A stretch of DNA of 64,000 bases from an uncultured bacterium. Its GTDB lineage: Bacteria > Planctomycetota > UBA1135 > GCA-002686595. A program made the position numbers and the translations under genes. Each line of letters opens with the position of its first letter. Position 1 is the first letter of the stretch. The notes beneath the pieces are model-generated. The model was not told the DNA's origin. It was given only the letters and a program-made list of their open reading frames with translations, and made no database searches. The DNA lies in contig CALSNU010000004.1 in assembly GCA_943787795.1 (NCBI GenBank), positions 192,001 through 256,000 on the forward strand. Reading direction: 5' to 3'. Positions 37,076-47,185 of the stretch are shown piece after piece.

Positions 37076-39340
37076 ATGAAGATCGCGGTCATCGGAGGAG
37101 GTCCTGGCGGGCTGTTCACGGCCATCCTCGCCAAGAAGGCGTTCCCCGGCGCCGAGATCGACGTCTACGAGCGCAACGCCCGCGGCGACACCTTCGGCTG
37201 GGGCGTGGTCTTCAGCGACGAGACCCTTGGCAACGTCGAGGGCGCCGACCCCGAGAGTTTCCGGGAGATCCGTGAGTCGTTCGCCTACTGGACGGACATC
37301 GAGACCTTCATCGGCGGCGAGATGGTCCGCTCTACCGGACACGGCTTCTGCGGCCTGGCGCGCAAGGAGCTGCTGGCGATCCTGGATCGACGCGCCGCGG
37401 CCCTCGGCGTGCGTTCCCACTACGAAGTCGAGGTCGATCGCGCGGAGCTCGAGCAGTCGGCGGACCTCGTCGTGGCCAGCGACGGCCTGAACAGCGCCGT
37501 CCGGGAGGGCGCCGGGGACCGCTTCGGCCCCTGCATCGACTGGCGCAAGGCGCGCTTCTGCTGGCTGGGGACCGACAAGCCCCTCGGGGCCTTCACGTTC
37601 ATCTTCAAGGAGAACGAGCACGGGGTGTGGAACATCCACGCCTACCCCTTCGAGCGCGGCGACGAGCCCCGCTCCACCTGGATCGTGGAGTGCGATGAGG
37701 CGACCTGGCAGCGCTCGGGGCTCGGTGATGGCGACGAGGACGCGACCGTTCGCTACGTGGCGGACCTGTTCTCGGAGCACCTCGAGGGCCACGAGCTCCT
37801 CACCAACCGCTCGATCTGGCGCGTCTTCCCCACCGTCGCGTGCGCCACGTGGGTGGACGGCAAGACCGTCCTCGTCGGCGACTCGGCCCACACCGCCCAC
37901 TTCTCCATCGGCTCTGGGACCAAGCTCGCGATGGAGGACTCCATCGCGCTGGTGGACGCGCTCATCTCGGCCCGCACGGGAGAGGACGACGCGGACGTGG
38001 GCGCCGCCCTGGCCAGCTACCAGGAGCGCCGCAGCGTCGAGGTGCTCAAGACCCAGAAGGCCGCCCAGATCAGCCTGGAGTGGTTCGAACACTCGGGGCG
38101 GTACATGGAGCAGGACCCGGTCCTGTTCACGTTCAACCTCATGACGCGCTCGAAGCGCATCACCTACGACAACCTCGCGCTGCGCGACCCCGACCTCGTG
38201 GACAGCGCCCGGCGCCGCTTCATCGAGCAGGAGGGCGGCGACCCCGACGTCATCACGCTCCCCGCCTTCACGCCCTTCCGCGCGCGCGACGTCGTTCTGG
38301 CGAACCGCGTGGTCGTCTCCCCCATGTGCCAGTACAGCGCCGTCGAGGGCACGCCGCTCCGCTGGCACGACGTCCACTACGGCGCGCGCGCCATCGGCGG
38401 CGCCGGCCTGCTGTTTACTGAGGCCACCAACGTCTCCGCGCAAGGCCGGATCACCTACGGCTGCACGGGGATCTACACTGACGAGCACGAGGCTCGGTGG
38501 AAGGAGATCGTCGACTTTGCCCACGAGCACTCCGGCGCCAAGGTCGCGATGCAGCTGGGCCACGCCGGTCGGAAGGCGTCCTACTCGCTTCCCTGGGAGG
38601 GGGACGCACCCCTCCTGGATGAGACCGCCTGGTCCACCATGGGCCCAACGAACGCCCCCTTCCGCCCCGGGGCCCCCGCCCCGAAGGCCATGGACCGCGC
38701 CGACATGGACGCCGTGCTGGCCGAGTTCAAGGACGCGACCGAGCGCAGCGTGCGCGCCGGGTTCGACGTCATCGAGGTCCACGCGGCCCACGGCTACCTG
38801 CTCTCGAGCTTCCTGTCTCCGGCGGTGAACGACCGCGCAGACGGGTACGGCGGCGACCAACTGGAGGACCGCGCACGCTTCCCTCTGGAGGTGATCGACG
38901 TGGTTCGCGCAGCCATGCCAAAGGGCATGCCGCTCTTCCTCCGCGTCTCGGCCACGGACTGGTTCTTCGAGGGCGGCCAGACCGTCGAGGACTCCGTGCG
39001 CTTCGCGCGCCTCGCCAAGGACCGTGGCGTCGACGTGATCGACGTCTCGAGCGCCGGTAACGTGCCCACCTCCCGGCCCGTGTACGGGCGCATGTACCAG
39101 GTCCCCTTCGCCGAGCGTATTCGCTACGAGGCGGAGGTCCCCGTCATGGCCGTGGGCGCGATCCAGGGGATCGACCACGCGAACACCATCCTGGTCTCCG
39201 GACGCGCGGACCTCTGCGCCATGGCGCGGCCGCACCTCGAGGATCCGCACCTGACCCTGCGGGCCGCCAACGAGTCCGGAGAGCCCGGGCAGCACTGGCC
39301 CGCGCAGTACGCCGCGGCCCGGCGGCGCCCGCGGGCCTGA
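37076..39340 (+). CDS. Bifunctional salicylyl-CoA 5-hydroxylase / anthraniloyl-CoA monooxygenase-reductase (FAD monooxygenase + Old Yellow Enzyme domain)
   Basis: GGGPGGL, TFGWGVVFSD, GDSAHTAHFSIGSGTKLAMED; C-terminal NRVVVSPMCQYSA, HAAHGYLL. Confidence 0.93.
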   Translation: MKIAVIGGGPGGLFTAILAKKAFPGAEIDVYERNARGDTFGWGVVFSDETLGNVEGADPESFREIRESFAYWTDIETFIGGEMVRSTGHGFCGLARKELLAILDRRAAALGVRSHYEVEVDRAELEQSADLVVASDGLNSAVREGAGDRFGPCIDWRKARFCWLGTDKPLGAFTFIFKENEHGVWNIHAYPFERGDEPRSTWIVECDEATWQRSGLGDGDEDATVRYVADLFSEHLEGHELLTNRSIWRVFPTVACATWVDGKTVLVGDSAHTAHFSIGSGTKLAMEDSIALVDALISARTGEDDADVGAALASYQERRSVEVLKTQKAAQISLEWFEHSGRYMEQDPVLFTFNLMTRSKRITYDNLALRDPDLVDSARRRFIEQEGGDPDVITLPAFTPFRARDVVLANRVVVSPMCQYSAVEGTPLRWHDVHYGARAIGGAGLLFTEATNVSAQGRITYGCTGIYTDEHEARWKEIVDFAHEHSGAKVAMQLGHAGRKASYSLPWEGDAPLLDETAWSTMGPTNAPFRPGAPAPKAMDRADMDAVLAEFKDATERSVRAGFDVIEVHAAHGYLLSSFLSPAVNDRADGYGGDQLEDRARFPLEVIDVVRAAMPKGMPLFLRVSATDWFFEGGQTVEDSVRFARLAKDRGVDVIDVSSAGNVPTSRPVYGRMYQVPFAERIRYEAEVPVMAVGAIQGIDHANTILVSGRADLCAMARPHLEDPHLTLRAANESGEPGQHWPAQYAAARRRPRA

Positions 39341-39573
39341 GAGATCGGTTCGACCGCTCCTGCGGGGGAACGCGAGGTGCCGCCTGACATGACGTGAGCC
39401 GGGCCGTGACGGCCGGCGCAGCCGAGGGAGGCTCGGCGCCGTCGATCCCCGTTCGGCCGCCCTACCGTGGGGCTTCCAGGCGCCGCTGGGCGTGGTGAAG
39501 CCGCTCTGCTCTCTGGGGCCAGGCTCTGGGACTGAGCCTACCGGCGCCCCATCACCTGACCCGATGCCCCGTA

Positions 39574-39608
39574 GGCTGTGGGCTGTGGGCTGCGGGCTGT
39601 GGGCTGCG
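39574..39608. repeat. 7-bp microsatellite (GGCTGYG x5) between convergent genes
   Basis: Read directly. Confidence 0.9.
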
Positions 39609-39645
39609 GAGCCTTCGAGTCAGCGCTCCCTGGCCCGAGCCTTCC

Positions 39646-40368
39646 CTACGACGCGGAGCCGCGGTCGTAGCGGAGGCGCACGTTCTGACGACCCATCTCT
39701 TCGAGCCGCGCCTTGTCCTTCTTCAGGCCCAGGTTGTGGGCCTTCGAGACCACGCTCTTCACGGAGCGCCCGAGCTGCTGGGCGATCTGCAGGTTGCTCT
39801 CGCCAGGATAGAGCTGCCGCAGCACCTGAAGCTCCGGCTCCGTCCAGCGCGGCATGCGAGTGCGCTCGTTGCCGCTGGTCTTGCGACGCATGTACGCCTT
39901 GTCCTTGGACAGGCAGAGGCGACCGGCCTCATCCTGAATTCGGTCCAGGGTCCGACCGAAGATGATCGCCAGGTCCTCGTCCGCCCGGGTGCCGTACTGG
40001 CGCTTGAAGTGGATGAGCTCGGGGCTCGTGAGGGGAGCCTCGGAGAGGGTGGTCGCGAGCTCGACGAGCTTGCCCTCGAGGTCCTCAACCGTCCGGCCGA
40101 GCATCCTCGCCAGGAGCTTGGACTCCACGCCACCGAGGTAGCGTCGAAGGGTGTCGACGTCGTCGGCCGACCAGGGACCGCTGGCAGGTTCCGTCGAGAG
40201 GAGCTCGGTGGCCTTGGCCCGAACTTCCTCCACGGAGCGTCCCAGCTCACGGGCGAGGAAGGACTCGTCCTTCTGACCGAAGGATGCCTTCAGCGCGTCG
40301 ACGTCGGACTCAGACCAGGGTTTATCCTGGCTCGGCTCCGACTGAGGGTTGGATTGTCCTGTTGTCAC
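39646..40368 (-). CDS. Protein with four Myb/SANT-like helix-turn-helix repeats
   Basis: Four repeats of about 45-50 aa of the form PW[ST]xx[DE]xxxL...LAxxLGR[ST]xxxV. Confidence 0.8.
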   Translation of the reverse strand: MTTGQSNPQSEPSQDKPWSESDVDALKASFGQKDESFLARELGRSVEEVRAKATELLSTEPASGPWSADDVDTLRRYLGGVESKLLARMLGRTVEDLEGKLVELATTLSEAPLTSPELIHFKRQYGTRADEDLAIIFGRTLDRIQDEAGRLCLSKDKAYMRRKTSGNERTRMPRWTEPELQVLRQLYPGESNLQIAQQLGRSVKSVVSKAHNLGLKKDKARLEEMGRQNVRLRYDRGSAS

Positions 40369-40400
40369 GGTCGATCAATTGGGGTTCGCGCGCCTTCCAA

Positions 40401-40426
40401 ATTGTATCAAGACAGTACACCAGTAC
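40401..40426 (-). promoter_or_regulatory. Extended -10 promoter (TG-A-TACAAT) with an upstream GTACTG direct repeat, for the Myb-like gene
   Basis: Minus strand reads GTACTG-GT-GTACTG-TCT-TGATACAAT in an AT-rich island. Confidence 0.6.
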
Positions 40427-40438
40427 CCCAGCCCCTCC

Positions 40439-42211
40439 TCAACCGTCTGTGGACGCAGATCCGGAGACGGCCTCCAGCATCTCCTCCCCGAACCGCTCCC
40501 GCACCTCGTCCAGCCGCGCCCGGACGTCCTCTATGGTGGCTGCAGCGCGCACAGACTCAGCCAGAGCCCGGGCATCCTCCATCGTCGTGCGCCGGACGGC
40601 GAACTTCAGGACCGCCAGGAAATTGGGGGCGACGCTGAGCGAGTCGAAGCCCATCCCGGCCAGCATCACGGCCACGGCCTCGTCTCCGGCCATCTCGCCG
40701 CAAACACAGGCGCTCTTCCCCGAGCGACGCACGGCGTCGCCGATCGCTCCCAGCGCCCGGATCACCGCCGGGTGGCAGGGCTCGTAGAGGCTGGAGACGA
40801 AGACGTTGTCCCGATCGACCGCGAGGAGGTACTGGACCAGGTCGTTGGTTCCCACGCTGACGAAGTCCACGAGGTCCAGAACCTCGTCGAGGACCCAGAG
40901 CATGGACGGGATCTCGATCATCACCCCGACGGGGATGTCCGGTGCAACGTCGTAGCCCTGGGCGCTGAGCTGCTGCCGAGTCTCATCGAAGATGGCGCGC
41001 ACGGCTCGAATCTCCTCGAGAGAGGTGATCATCGGGAGCAGAACACGGACCTCGCCGTGCAGGCTCGCCCTCATGATCGCGCGCAGCTGAACCCTCAGGA
41101 GATCCTGCCACTCGAGGGTGATCCGGGTGCCTCTCCAGCCGAGCGCCGGGTTGTTCTCCCGCGGCGTCTTGAAGTACGGCAGCTGCTTGTCCCCTCCGAT
41201 GTCGAGGGTGCGGATCACGACGTACCGGTCGGCCATCGCGTCGACCATCCGACGATAGAGCCGGTACTGCTCCTCCTCGGAGGGGAAGACGGTCCGCTCC
41301 ATGTAGAGGAACTCAGTGCGCAGCAGGCCGACGCCGTCGCAGCGTCGATGCTCGAACATCTCGAGGTCACGCACCGACTCGAGATTCACCAGCACAGAGA
41401 CCGTCTCTCCGTCCAGGGTGACCGCGGGCTCGGTCGCATGCAGCGCGAGCGCCGCCTCCCGCACGGACCGCTGCGCGAGGCGAAGCTCGAATTCGCTCTC
41501 CGAGGCCTCGTCCGGGGCGAGCGTCACGGCGCCGTTGTCCCCGTCCACGAGCACCGGCATGTTCTGCTCGAGTCTGGCGAGCAGGTTAGGGATACCCACA
41601 ACACAGGGGATGCCGAACGAGCGGGCCAGCACGGCGCCATGGGAGAACCGGCCGCCAGCCTCGGTCACCACGGCGATGACGCGATGGCGAGGGAGGAAGG
41701 TCACCGCCTCCGGGGTCAGCTCCGCCGCCGCGATCACGACCCGCCCCTCCGCCTGGGTGATCGTCTCCTGGTCCGAACGCATCAGCGCCGCGATGACGGC
41801 GTGCCATGGTTCGCTGATGTCGGCGGCGTACCCCCGAACGGAGTCGCCCTCGAGCCGGCCCATCGTCTCCTTCAGACGATCGACCAGGCGCTCCACCGCG
41901 GCCTCCGCGTTGATGCGCTCCTCCCGAATCGTCCGGTCGACCTGCTCCCGTGCGCCTGGATCCTGGAGGATCATCTGGTGGACTCCGAGAATGCCCGCGT
42001 CCTGCTCCCCCACGGCCTTGGCGACCTCGGCCTGGCGCACCCCGAGGACGTCGATCACCCTGGAGATCGCGTCGTTCAGTCGCTTGACCTCCGCGTCGAT
42101 CTCGCCTGAACGCAGGGTCCAGATCGGCGCAGCGTCCAGCCTCGCGCGGACGACGTGGACGGGTCCGAGGCCCAGGCCCGGGGAAACAGAGAGTCCTTGA
42201 ATGAGAGCCAT
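40439..42211 (-). CDS. ptsI: Phosphoenolpyruvate-protein phosphotransferase (PTS enzyme I)
   Basis: GGRFSHGAVLAR (phospho-His), GVGLLRTEFL, RTLDIGGDK, NPALGWRG, SVGTNDLVQY, CGEMAGD. Confidence 0.95.
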   Translation of the reverse strand: MALIQGLSVSPGLGLGPVHVVRARLDAAPIWTLRSGEIDAEVKRLNDAISRVIDVLGVRQAEVAKAVGEQDAGILGVHQMILQDPGAREQVDRTIREERINAEAAVERLVDRLKETMGRLEGDSVRGYAADISEPWHAVIAALMRSDQETITQAEGRVVIAAAELTPEAVTFLPRHRVIAVVTEAGGRFSHGAVLARSFGIPCVVGIPNLLARLEQNMPVLVDGDNGAVTLAPDEASESEFELRLAQRSVREAALALHATEPAVTLDGETVSVLVNLESVRDLEMFEHRRCDGVGLLRTEFLYMERTVFPSEEEQYRLYRRMVDAMADRYVVIRTLDIGGDKQLPYFKTPRENNPALGWRGTRITLEWQDLLRVQLRAIMRASLHGEVRVLLPMITSLEEIRAVRAIFDETRQQLSAQGYDVAPDIPVGVMIEIPSMLWVLDEVLDLVDFVSVGTNDLVQYLLAVDRDNVFVSSLYEPCHPAVIRALGAIGDAVRRSGKSACVCGEMAGDEAVAVMLAGMGFDSLSVAPNFLAVLKFAVRRTTMEDARALAESVRAAATIEDVRARLDEVRERFGEEMLEAVSGSASTDG

Positions 42212-42462
42212 GGCAGCTGGAATGAGCCCTCGCCCCCGACCAGCGGGGACCCTTCAAGGGCGGTTCTGGGGCCCATCTTACGCCCTTGATGACTCTATCG
42301 GTCGGAGATGGACCTCCGGTCGAGGGGACTCAGGAATGGGCCTTCCAAGAGGGCTCAAGAGGACCGCAGGAAGGTGTAAAGCTCTGCCGGAGAGAGAGTC
42401 GAACCCAGGGATGGCCCGACGTCCACCTCTGCGGCGTAGGACCACAGCTAGAGGATCAGCCC

Positions 42463-43443
42463 ATGCAGCGTCACGCTAACCAGAAGATCTCACCTCGCAC
42501 CGGATCCTCCATCCCGTACGGGAAGCCCAGCCGACCGAGCCTGATCGGTCGCTCGATCCCGGTGCTCTTTGGCACGTTCGGCGTGGCCCTGATCGCGGTC
42601 GCCGCGGTGACCGCCCTGGTCCCCCAGCTCCCGGCGGCATTCGCGCCAGTGCTCGATGGGCTGACCCGTGCGGGACTGGACAAAGGGCCCCTTGCGATGT
42701 TCGGCCTGCTCACCGTCGGCACGGCCTTCGGGATGCGCCGCCCGCAGCCCAAGGAGGCCGACGACACGCAACTCGAGGAGCTCCTCCAGCGCGAATTCCA
42801 GGCCATGGAAGCACACGTCCGGGACTCGGGAGCTGCGGTCGCGACGCTCCGTCAGGATCTCGCAGCCCTCCAGCATTCGATCGGAAGCGGCTTCGAGGCC
42901 GCTGAGGCCGCGGCAAGCACCAGCAAGGAAGCCAGCAACGATCGCATCTTCCGGCTCGCGGCCAGCCTTGATCAGCTCGGGGCCCAGGTCGACCGCCGAC
43001 TCGATGCGGCTCGCCAGGACCTCCGGTCCCTCATCACGAGCTCAGCGGAGAGTCAACGTGATGCGACCGAGCAGTTGATCGCCCAGATGATCAAGGACGC
43101 GCAGGAGCCCAAGGGTGAGGAGCCCCACACGGACGCCGAAGCAGCACGCGAGCCGATCTACGGCGGGAACCCGAAGGAGGCGATGGCCTCCTTCATGGAT
43201 GACCTCCGATCGCTCCCGCAAGACCTCATGGAAGATCCGGCGGAGCTCAACTCCATGGCCGAGGGGGAGCTCGCGATGGCCTCCGATGCGACCAACGAGC
43301 CGGCCGCCGCCCTGCCCGCGCCAGATCCGGCGGGTCCTGGCGAAGGCAACGACGACCGGTTCAGGCTCATCGACGAGATGGAGCAGAACACCGCGGAGCC
43401 CCACCCGCTCCGACCCGGAGAGGGGAACGTCGAGGGGAGCTGA
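42463..43443 (+). CDS. Hypothetical two-TM membrane protein with coiled coil and acidic tail
   Basis: Two hydrophobic segments followed by a heptad-rich region; GAGGA lies upstream of ATG 42463. Confidence 0.7.
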   Translation: MQRHANQKISPRTGSSIPYGKPSRPSLIGRSIPVLFGTFGVALIAVAAVTALVPQLPAAFAPVLDGLTRAGLDKGPLAMFGLLTVGTAFGMRRPQPKEADDTQLEELLQREFQAMEAHVRDSGAAVATLRQDLAALQHSIGSGFEAAEAAASTSKEASNDRIFRLAASLDQLGAQVDRRLDAARQDLRSLITSSAESQRDATEQLIAQMIKDAQEPKGEEPHTDAEAAREPIYGGNPKEAMASFMDDLRSLPQDLMEDPAELNSMAEGELAMASDATNEPAAALPAPDPAGPGEGNDDRFRLIDEMEQNTAEPHPLRPGEGNVEGS

Positions 43444-43529
43444 GCCCAACGGGGCGGAGCGCGCACGAGAGCGCGCTCGGTCCCGCCGAGCCGGCTGCGG
43501 GTCACCCCGCGCTGCTCACTCCTCGCTGC

Positions 43530-46500
43530 TCACTCCTCGCTGGCCGAATCCGGGCTCTGGGCCTCCGGCGGCTGTGAGCCCTCCAACTGGGGATCGGGCA
43601 TCGGATCGCCGCTCTGCTCGAGACCCTTCTCGGGTCCCTTCTCAGGTCCTTTTTCCGGCCGCTTGCCCTTGGGGCCCTTCTTCTTCTTCGGCTGGGGCGC
43701 CTCCTTGGGCGGCCCGTCATCCTGCTTGAAGAATTGCGCGAAGGGGTTGTTGCTGAGCTTGTCCGGCTGAACATTGATCTTGCGAAGATCGACCCGCTCG
43801 CCGCGCTCGAAGCGACCTTCGTCGCGCCCGCCGCGACGCGGTCCCCCGCGCCGAGTCCCTCGCCTCGAGGACGTGGCGGCTCCAGCGGCACCGTCACGGC
43901 GCCAGATGCGCCCCGCCGGTCCCGTCGGCTGATCCGAGCCGCGCGCTCCACGGCCGCCTCCACGGCGGCGCGTTGCAGCACCCCGACGGCGAGCGCCGCG
44001 TTCGGGACGCTCCTCGTTCGGGACGTCCTTGAGCGAGAGCGCGAGGCGCGACGAGTTCCCGTCCACGATCTTCGCTCGGATGGTGGCGCCGATCGAGAGG
44101 AGCTCGCGGGCATCCCTGATGTAGCGAGACGCCAGCTGCGAGATGTGGATCATCGCGTCCTGCTTCTTGCCGACGTCGACGAATGCCCCGAAGCTCGCCA
44201 CGTTGGTGACCACCCCGGTGATCACGCGACCCGGCTGGAGCCGGATCGGATCCGTGGACTCCGAGATGTACTCGGGGACGTGGTTGCGACCGCGTGGGTC
44301 ACGGCCGGGGAAGCTCAGCTCGCGCATCAGGTCGCGCCAGGTGAACTCGTCCACATCGAACGACTGTCGGCGAAGCCCCTTGGTGGCTCCCGGTCGCCCG
44401 AGCGACTCCGAGACGGAGCCGCCGCTGCTCTCCAGGAGCTGCCGCGCGAGCTGATATTGCTCGGGGTGTAGCGAGGTCCGGTCGAGCGGATCGGAGGACC
44501 TGCGCATGCGCAGGAAGGCAGCGACGCTGGTCCACTGGGCCTCGTCCAAGACCCCCTCGGCGCGGATGGCTTCGCGGGACTCGATGTCGCCGGCATCGCG
44601 GCGATCCGCGAGGCGCTTGGCGGACTCCTCATCCAGCCCGGGCAGGTGCTCGATGATCGAGCGCGGCGCCGTGTCGAAGTCGCAGCCCACGAAGGCCACC
44701 GCCGACTCCACGGCGTCCTGGAGGGTCCGGCGCAGGTTGGCCTTGCTCACCAGCCGCTGCTCGGCGCCGAGGCTGAGCTGCTTGGGATCGACTTTGAGGA
44801 ACTCCGCCATCGGGTCCTGCAGGCGTCGCCCCATGCTGATGGCGAGGCGCAGCCCCACGCTGCTCTCGGCGAGCTCTGCGCGAGCGCGGGTCCCGTTGGC
44901 GTAGCTGGTGGCACCAGCATCGTTGACTACCATCACCGGCGCCTGAGAGTTGGCGGCAGCCAGCGCCTCCCGGAGCCTGTGCCCGGCGGCGCGGGATGAC
45001 TTCCCGCTCCCCACCGCGATGGCCGCGGCCCCGTGCGATTCAATGGCGGCGGAGACCTCCGCGCCGATGGCCGCGGGCTCCTTCTCTCCGGTCTCGACCT
45101 TGACCTCGGCAGCAAGGTCTCCGTCGGCACCCAGGAAGGCGAGGGTCATGTCGCCCTTCGCGCTGACATCCAGTCCGGCCACGGGCACGCGACCGAAGAA
45201 CGGCGTGAGGAGGATCTGGCGCAGGTGTGCCCCGAGGAATCGCAGAGCCTCGGCGTCGCTCCGCTCCTTCAGCTCAAGCCTGATGTCCTCCTCGATGACG
45301 GGGAGGATTCGCTGAGCGAGGGCCTTGCGGGCGATGTCGTCCAGCAGCGGCTCGTACTCGGGGCGGGTGTGCTTGCCGAGGGCCGAACGCACGCGGCCGA
45401 CGACCTCCGAGGGATGAAGCTCGATAGAGGTCGAGATGACACGCTCGCTCTGAGCCTGTCGGATCGCGGTGAGGCGGTGCCCCTGAAGCTGACGAAGTGG
45501 CGTCTTGAGCTTGAGCAGGTTCTTGTGACGCCCAGCCTTCTTGTCGTCCACGAGCGCCCGGGCGCGCAGGACGCCCTTCTTGCGCATGATCCGGCGCACC
45601 GTGTCACGCAGGCGAGAGTCACGGCCGAGCCGATCAGAGAGGATCCGAACGGCGCCAGCGAGCGCCTCGGTCTCGGTGTGCACGCCCTTGTCGGGGTTGA
45701 CGAACGGCTCGCAGAGTTTCGAGAGCTCGGCAGTGATCACCAGCGCCTCGGGCTGGGGCGAGGGGGCCGGAGCCGGGCTGGGCTTCGGACCGGGCTTTCG
45801 GTCCGCGGCTGCCGCAGCGCCAGCCTGGGAGCCGCCGTCCGTGACCGCGACATCGGCTTCACCCACGCCGGCTGCGGAGGCGGGCGCGGGATCTTCCGCA
45901 GGAGCACTGGCGGCGGGCGCGTCGTCCGCAGGCGCCTCTGCCACGGCGGGTTCAGCGGCAGCGGGCTCTTCTGCGGCGGGCTCTTCTGCGGCGGGCTCTT
46001 CTGCGGTGGGCTCTTCTGCAGCGGGCTCTTCTGCAGCGGGCTCTTGTGCGGTGGGCTCTTCTGCGGCGGGCTCTTGTGCGGTGGGCTCTTCTGCGGCGGG
46101 CTCTTGCGCGGTGGGCTCCGTCACTGCCCCGCCTTCCGGCTCGGCATCCTCGGGGGCATCGCTCCCCAGCTTGGCGTCGTGTCCGACCGTCGGAGGACGC
46201 TGATCGTCCTGGTCGACTTCGATGCTCGCGGAGTCTCCGGGTTCAGGCGCTTCGGCCGCGCCTTCCGGGCCCCCGTCAACGCTGTGATCGATGCTCGGCT
46301 CAGGCTCCACGACGGGCTCAGGCGCGTGCTCAGCGGTGGCCTCAGCGGTGGCCTCAGCAGTGGGCTCGGCGGCGGGCTCGGCGGCGGGTGACTCCGCGCC
46401 AGCGTCCGAAGCTTCGGAGGGAGCGGCGGAGGTCTCCTCGCCCTTCCCCTTCTTCGACCGGGGCGGCTTCTCTGAGGGCGGCCGCTCGGACTTGGGCGTC

Positions 46501-46895
46501 GGCGCTACCAGCAGGTCAGCCAGGCCGCCCAGGCCGCGGTCCATGGCGAGCTGGACCTCAGGCTCGGGTCGCCGGTGAGGGACATAGAGGTCCTCGAGGC
46601 GGAAGCGATCCATGCAGACCGTCACCTCCTCGATGGCCTTCGGGGAGATCCCCTCCACGCGCTCCATGGCTCGCAGGATCGTCCCGCGGCGCCGGTCGAG
46701 CTCGATGAGCTCCTCGCGCTGGAGAGACAGCCGCCGAACGTGCACCTCGGACATCGCGCCAGTTCGGGCCCGGCGGAACTTCCCGATGAAGGGTGCCGAG
46801 AGGCCGGCGTCCAGCATCTCGAAGGTGGCCTGGATGGACGGGACGTCGGTCGAGAACTCCTTCGCGAGAGCCTCGAGAATCGGTTGTGCTGTCAC
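43530..46895 (-). CDS. Divergent Tex-family (Spt6-like) RNA-binding protein with a large acidic insertion
   Basis: PFIGKFRRARTG, LEDLYVPHR, AISMGRRLQDPMAE, LDRTSLHPEQY, PGRDPR, S1 domain VTNVASFGAFVDVG; start estimated at GTG 46895. Confidence 0.88.
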   Translation of the reverse strand: MTAQPILEALAKEFSTDVPSIQATFEMLDAGLSAPFIGKFRRARTGAMSEVHVRRLSLQREELIELDRRRGTILRAMERVEGISPKAIEEVTVCMDRFRLEDLYVPHRRPEPEVQLAMDRGLGGLADLLVAPTPKSERPPSEKPPRSKKGKGEETSAAPSEASDAGAESPAAEPAAEPTAEATAEATAEHAPEPVVEPEPSIDHSVDGGPEGAAEAPEPGDSASIEVDQDDQRPPTVGHDAKLGSDAPEDAEPEGGAVTEPTAQEPAAEEPTAQEPAAEEPTAQEPAAEEPAAEEPTAEEPAAEEPAAEEPAAAEPAVAEAPADDAPAASAPAEDPAPASAAGVGEADVAVTDGGSQAGAAAAADRKPGPKPSPAPAPSPQPEALVITAELSKLCEPFVNPDKGVHTETEALAGAVRILSDRLGRDSRLRDTVRRIMRKKGVLRARALVDDKKAGRHKNLLKLKTPLRQLQGHRLTAIRQAQSERVISTSIELHPSEVVGRVRSALGKHTRPEYEPLLDDIARKALAQRILPVIEEDIRLELKERSDAEALRFLGAHLRQILLTPFFGRVPVAGLDVSAKGDMTLAFLGADGDLAAEVKVETGEKEPAAIGAEVSAAIESHGAAAIAVGSGKSSRAAGHRLREALAAANSQAPVMVVNDAGATSYANGTRARAELAESSVGLRLAISMGRRLQDPMAEFLKVDPKQLSLGAEQRLVSKANLRRTLQDAVESAVAFVGCDFDTAPRSIIEHLPGLDEESAKRLADRRDAGDIESREAIRAEGVLDEAQWTSVAAFLRMRRSSDPLDRTSLHPEQYQLARQLLESSGGSVSESLGRPGATKGLRRQSFDVDEFTWRDLMRELSFPGRDPRGRNHVPEYISESTDPIRLQPGRVITGVVTNVASFGAFVDVGKKQDAMIHISQLASRYIRDARELLSIGATIRAKIVDGNSSRLALSLKDVPNEERPERGARRRGAATRRRGGGRGARGSDQPTGPAGRIWRRDGAAGAATSSRRGTRRGGPRRGGRDEGRFERGERVDLRKINVQPDKLSNNPFAQFFKQDDGPPKEAPQPKKKKGPKGKRPEKGPEKGPEKGLEQSGDPMPDPQLEGSQPPEAQSPDSASEE
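45946..46118 (-). repeat. Intragenic 15-bp minisatellite (about 11 copies) encoding [EQ]EP[AT]A
   Basis: GYGGGCTCTTSYGCR units at 15-bp period from 45961 to 46110, with degenerate flanks. Confidence 0.95.
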
Positions 46896-47185
46896 GCGAC
46901 TTGGGGGGGCTGGCAGCGATTCGGTCGGACCGAGATCGCGCAGGCTGGGCGGCCGGACTTGGGGGCGTGCAGGCCGCACTCGGATAATGGCAGCGGTCGA
47001 CCCGCGAGGCTCAGTGGAGCCTCGTACGCGGTCGCTCGCTCAGGTCACGGCGCCCCTTGTTGGACCCCGTGTGCAGGAAGAGATATCACAAACCCGGGAC
47101 CGCATGGGGCCCGCAGGACTCACCGCGTGCGAATTGCCGTTCGCACCCCCTCCTGGGGAGGCATCCGGGCTAAGTGGAAACCCGT

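Noticed and set aside
36875..39295. Long antisense and alternative-frame ORFs (e.g. 806 aa here, 32509..35103, 13484..15676, 53176..54987, 8487..10316)
   Set aside because: These are shadow ORFs expected in high-GC DNA opposite well-supported genes; they have no recognisable motifs.
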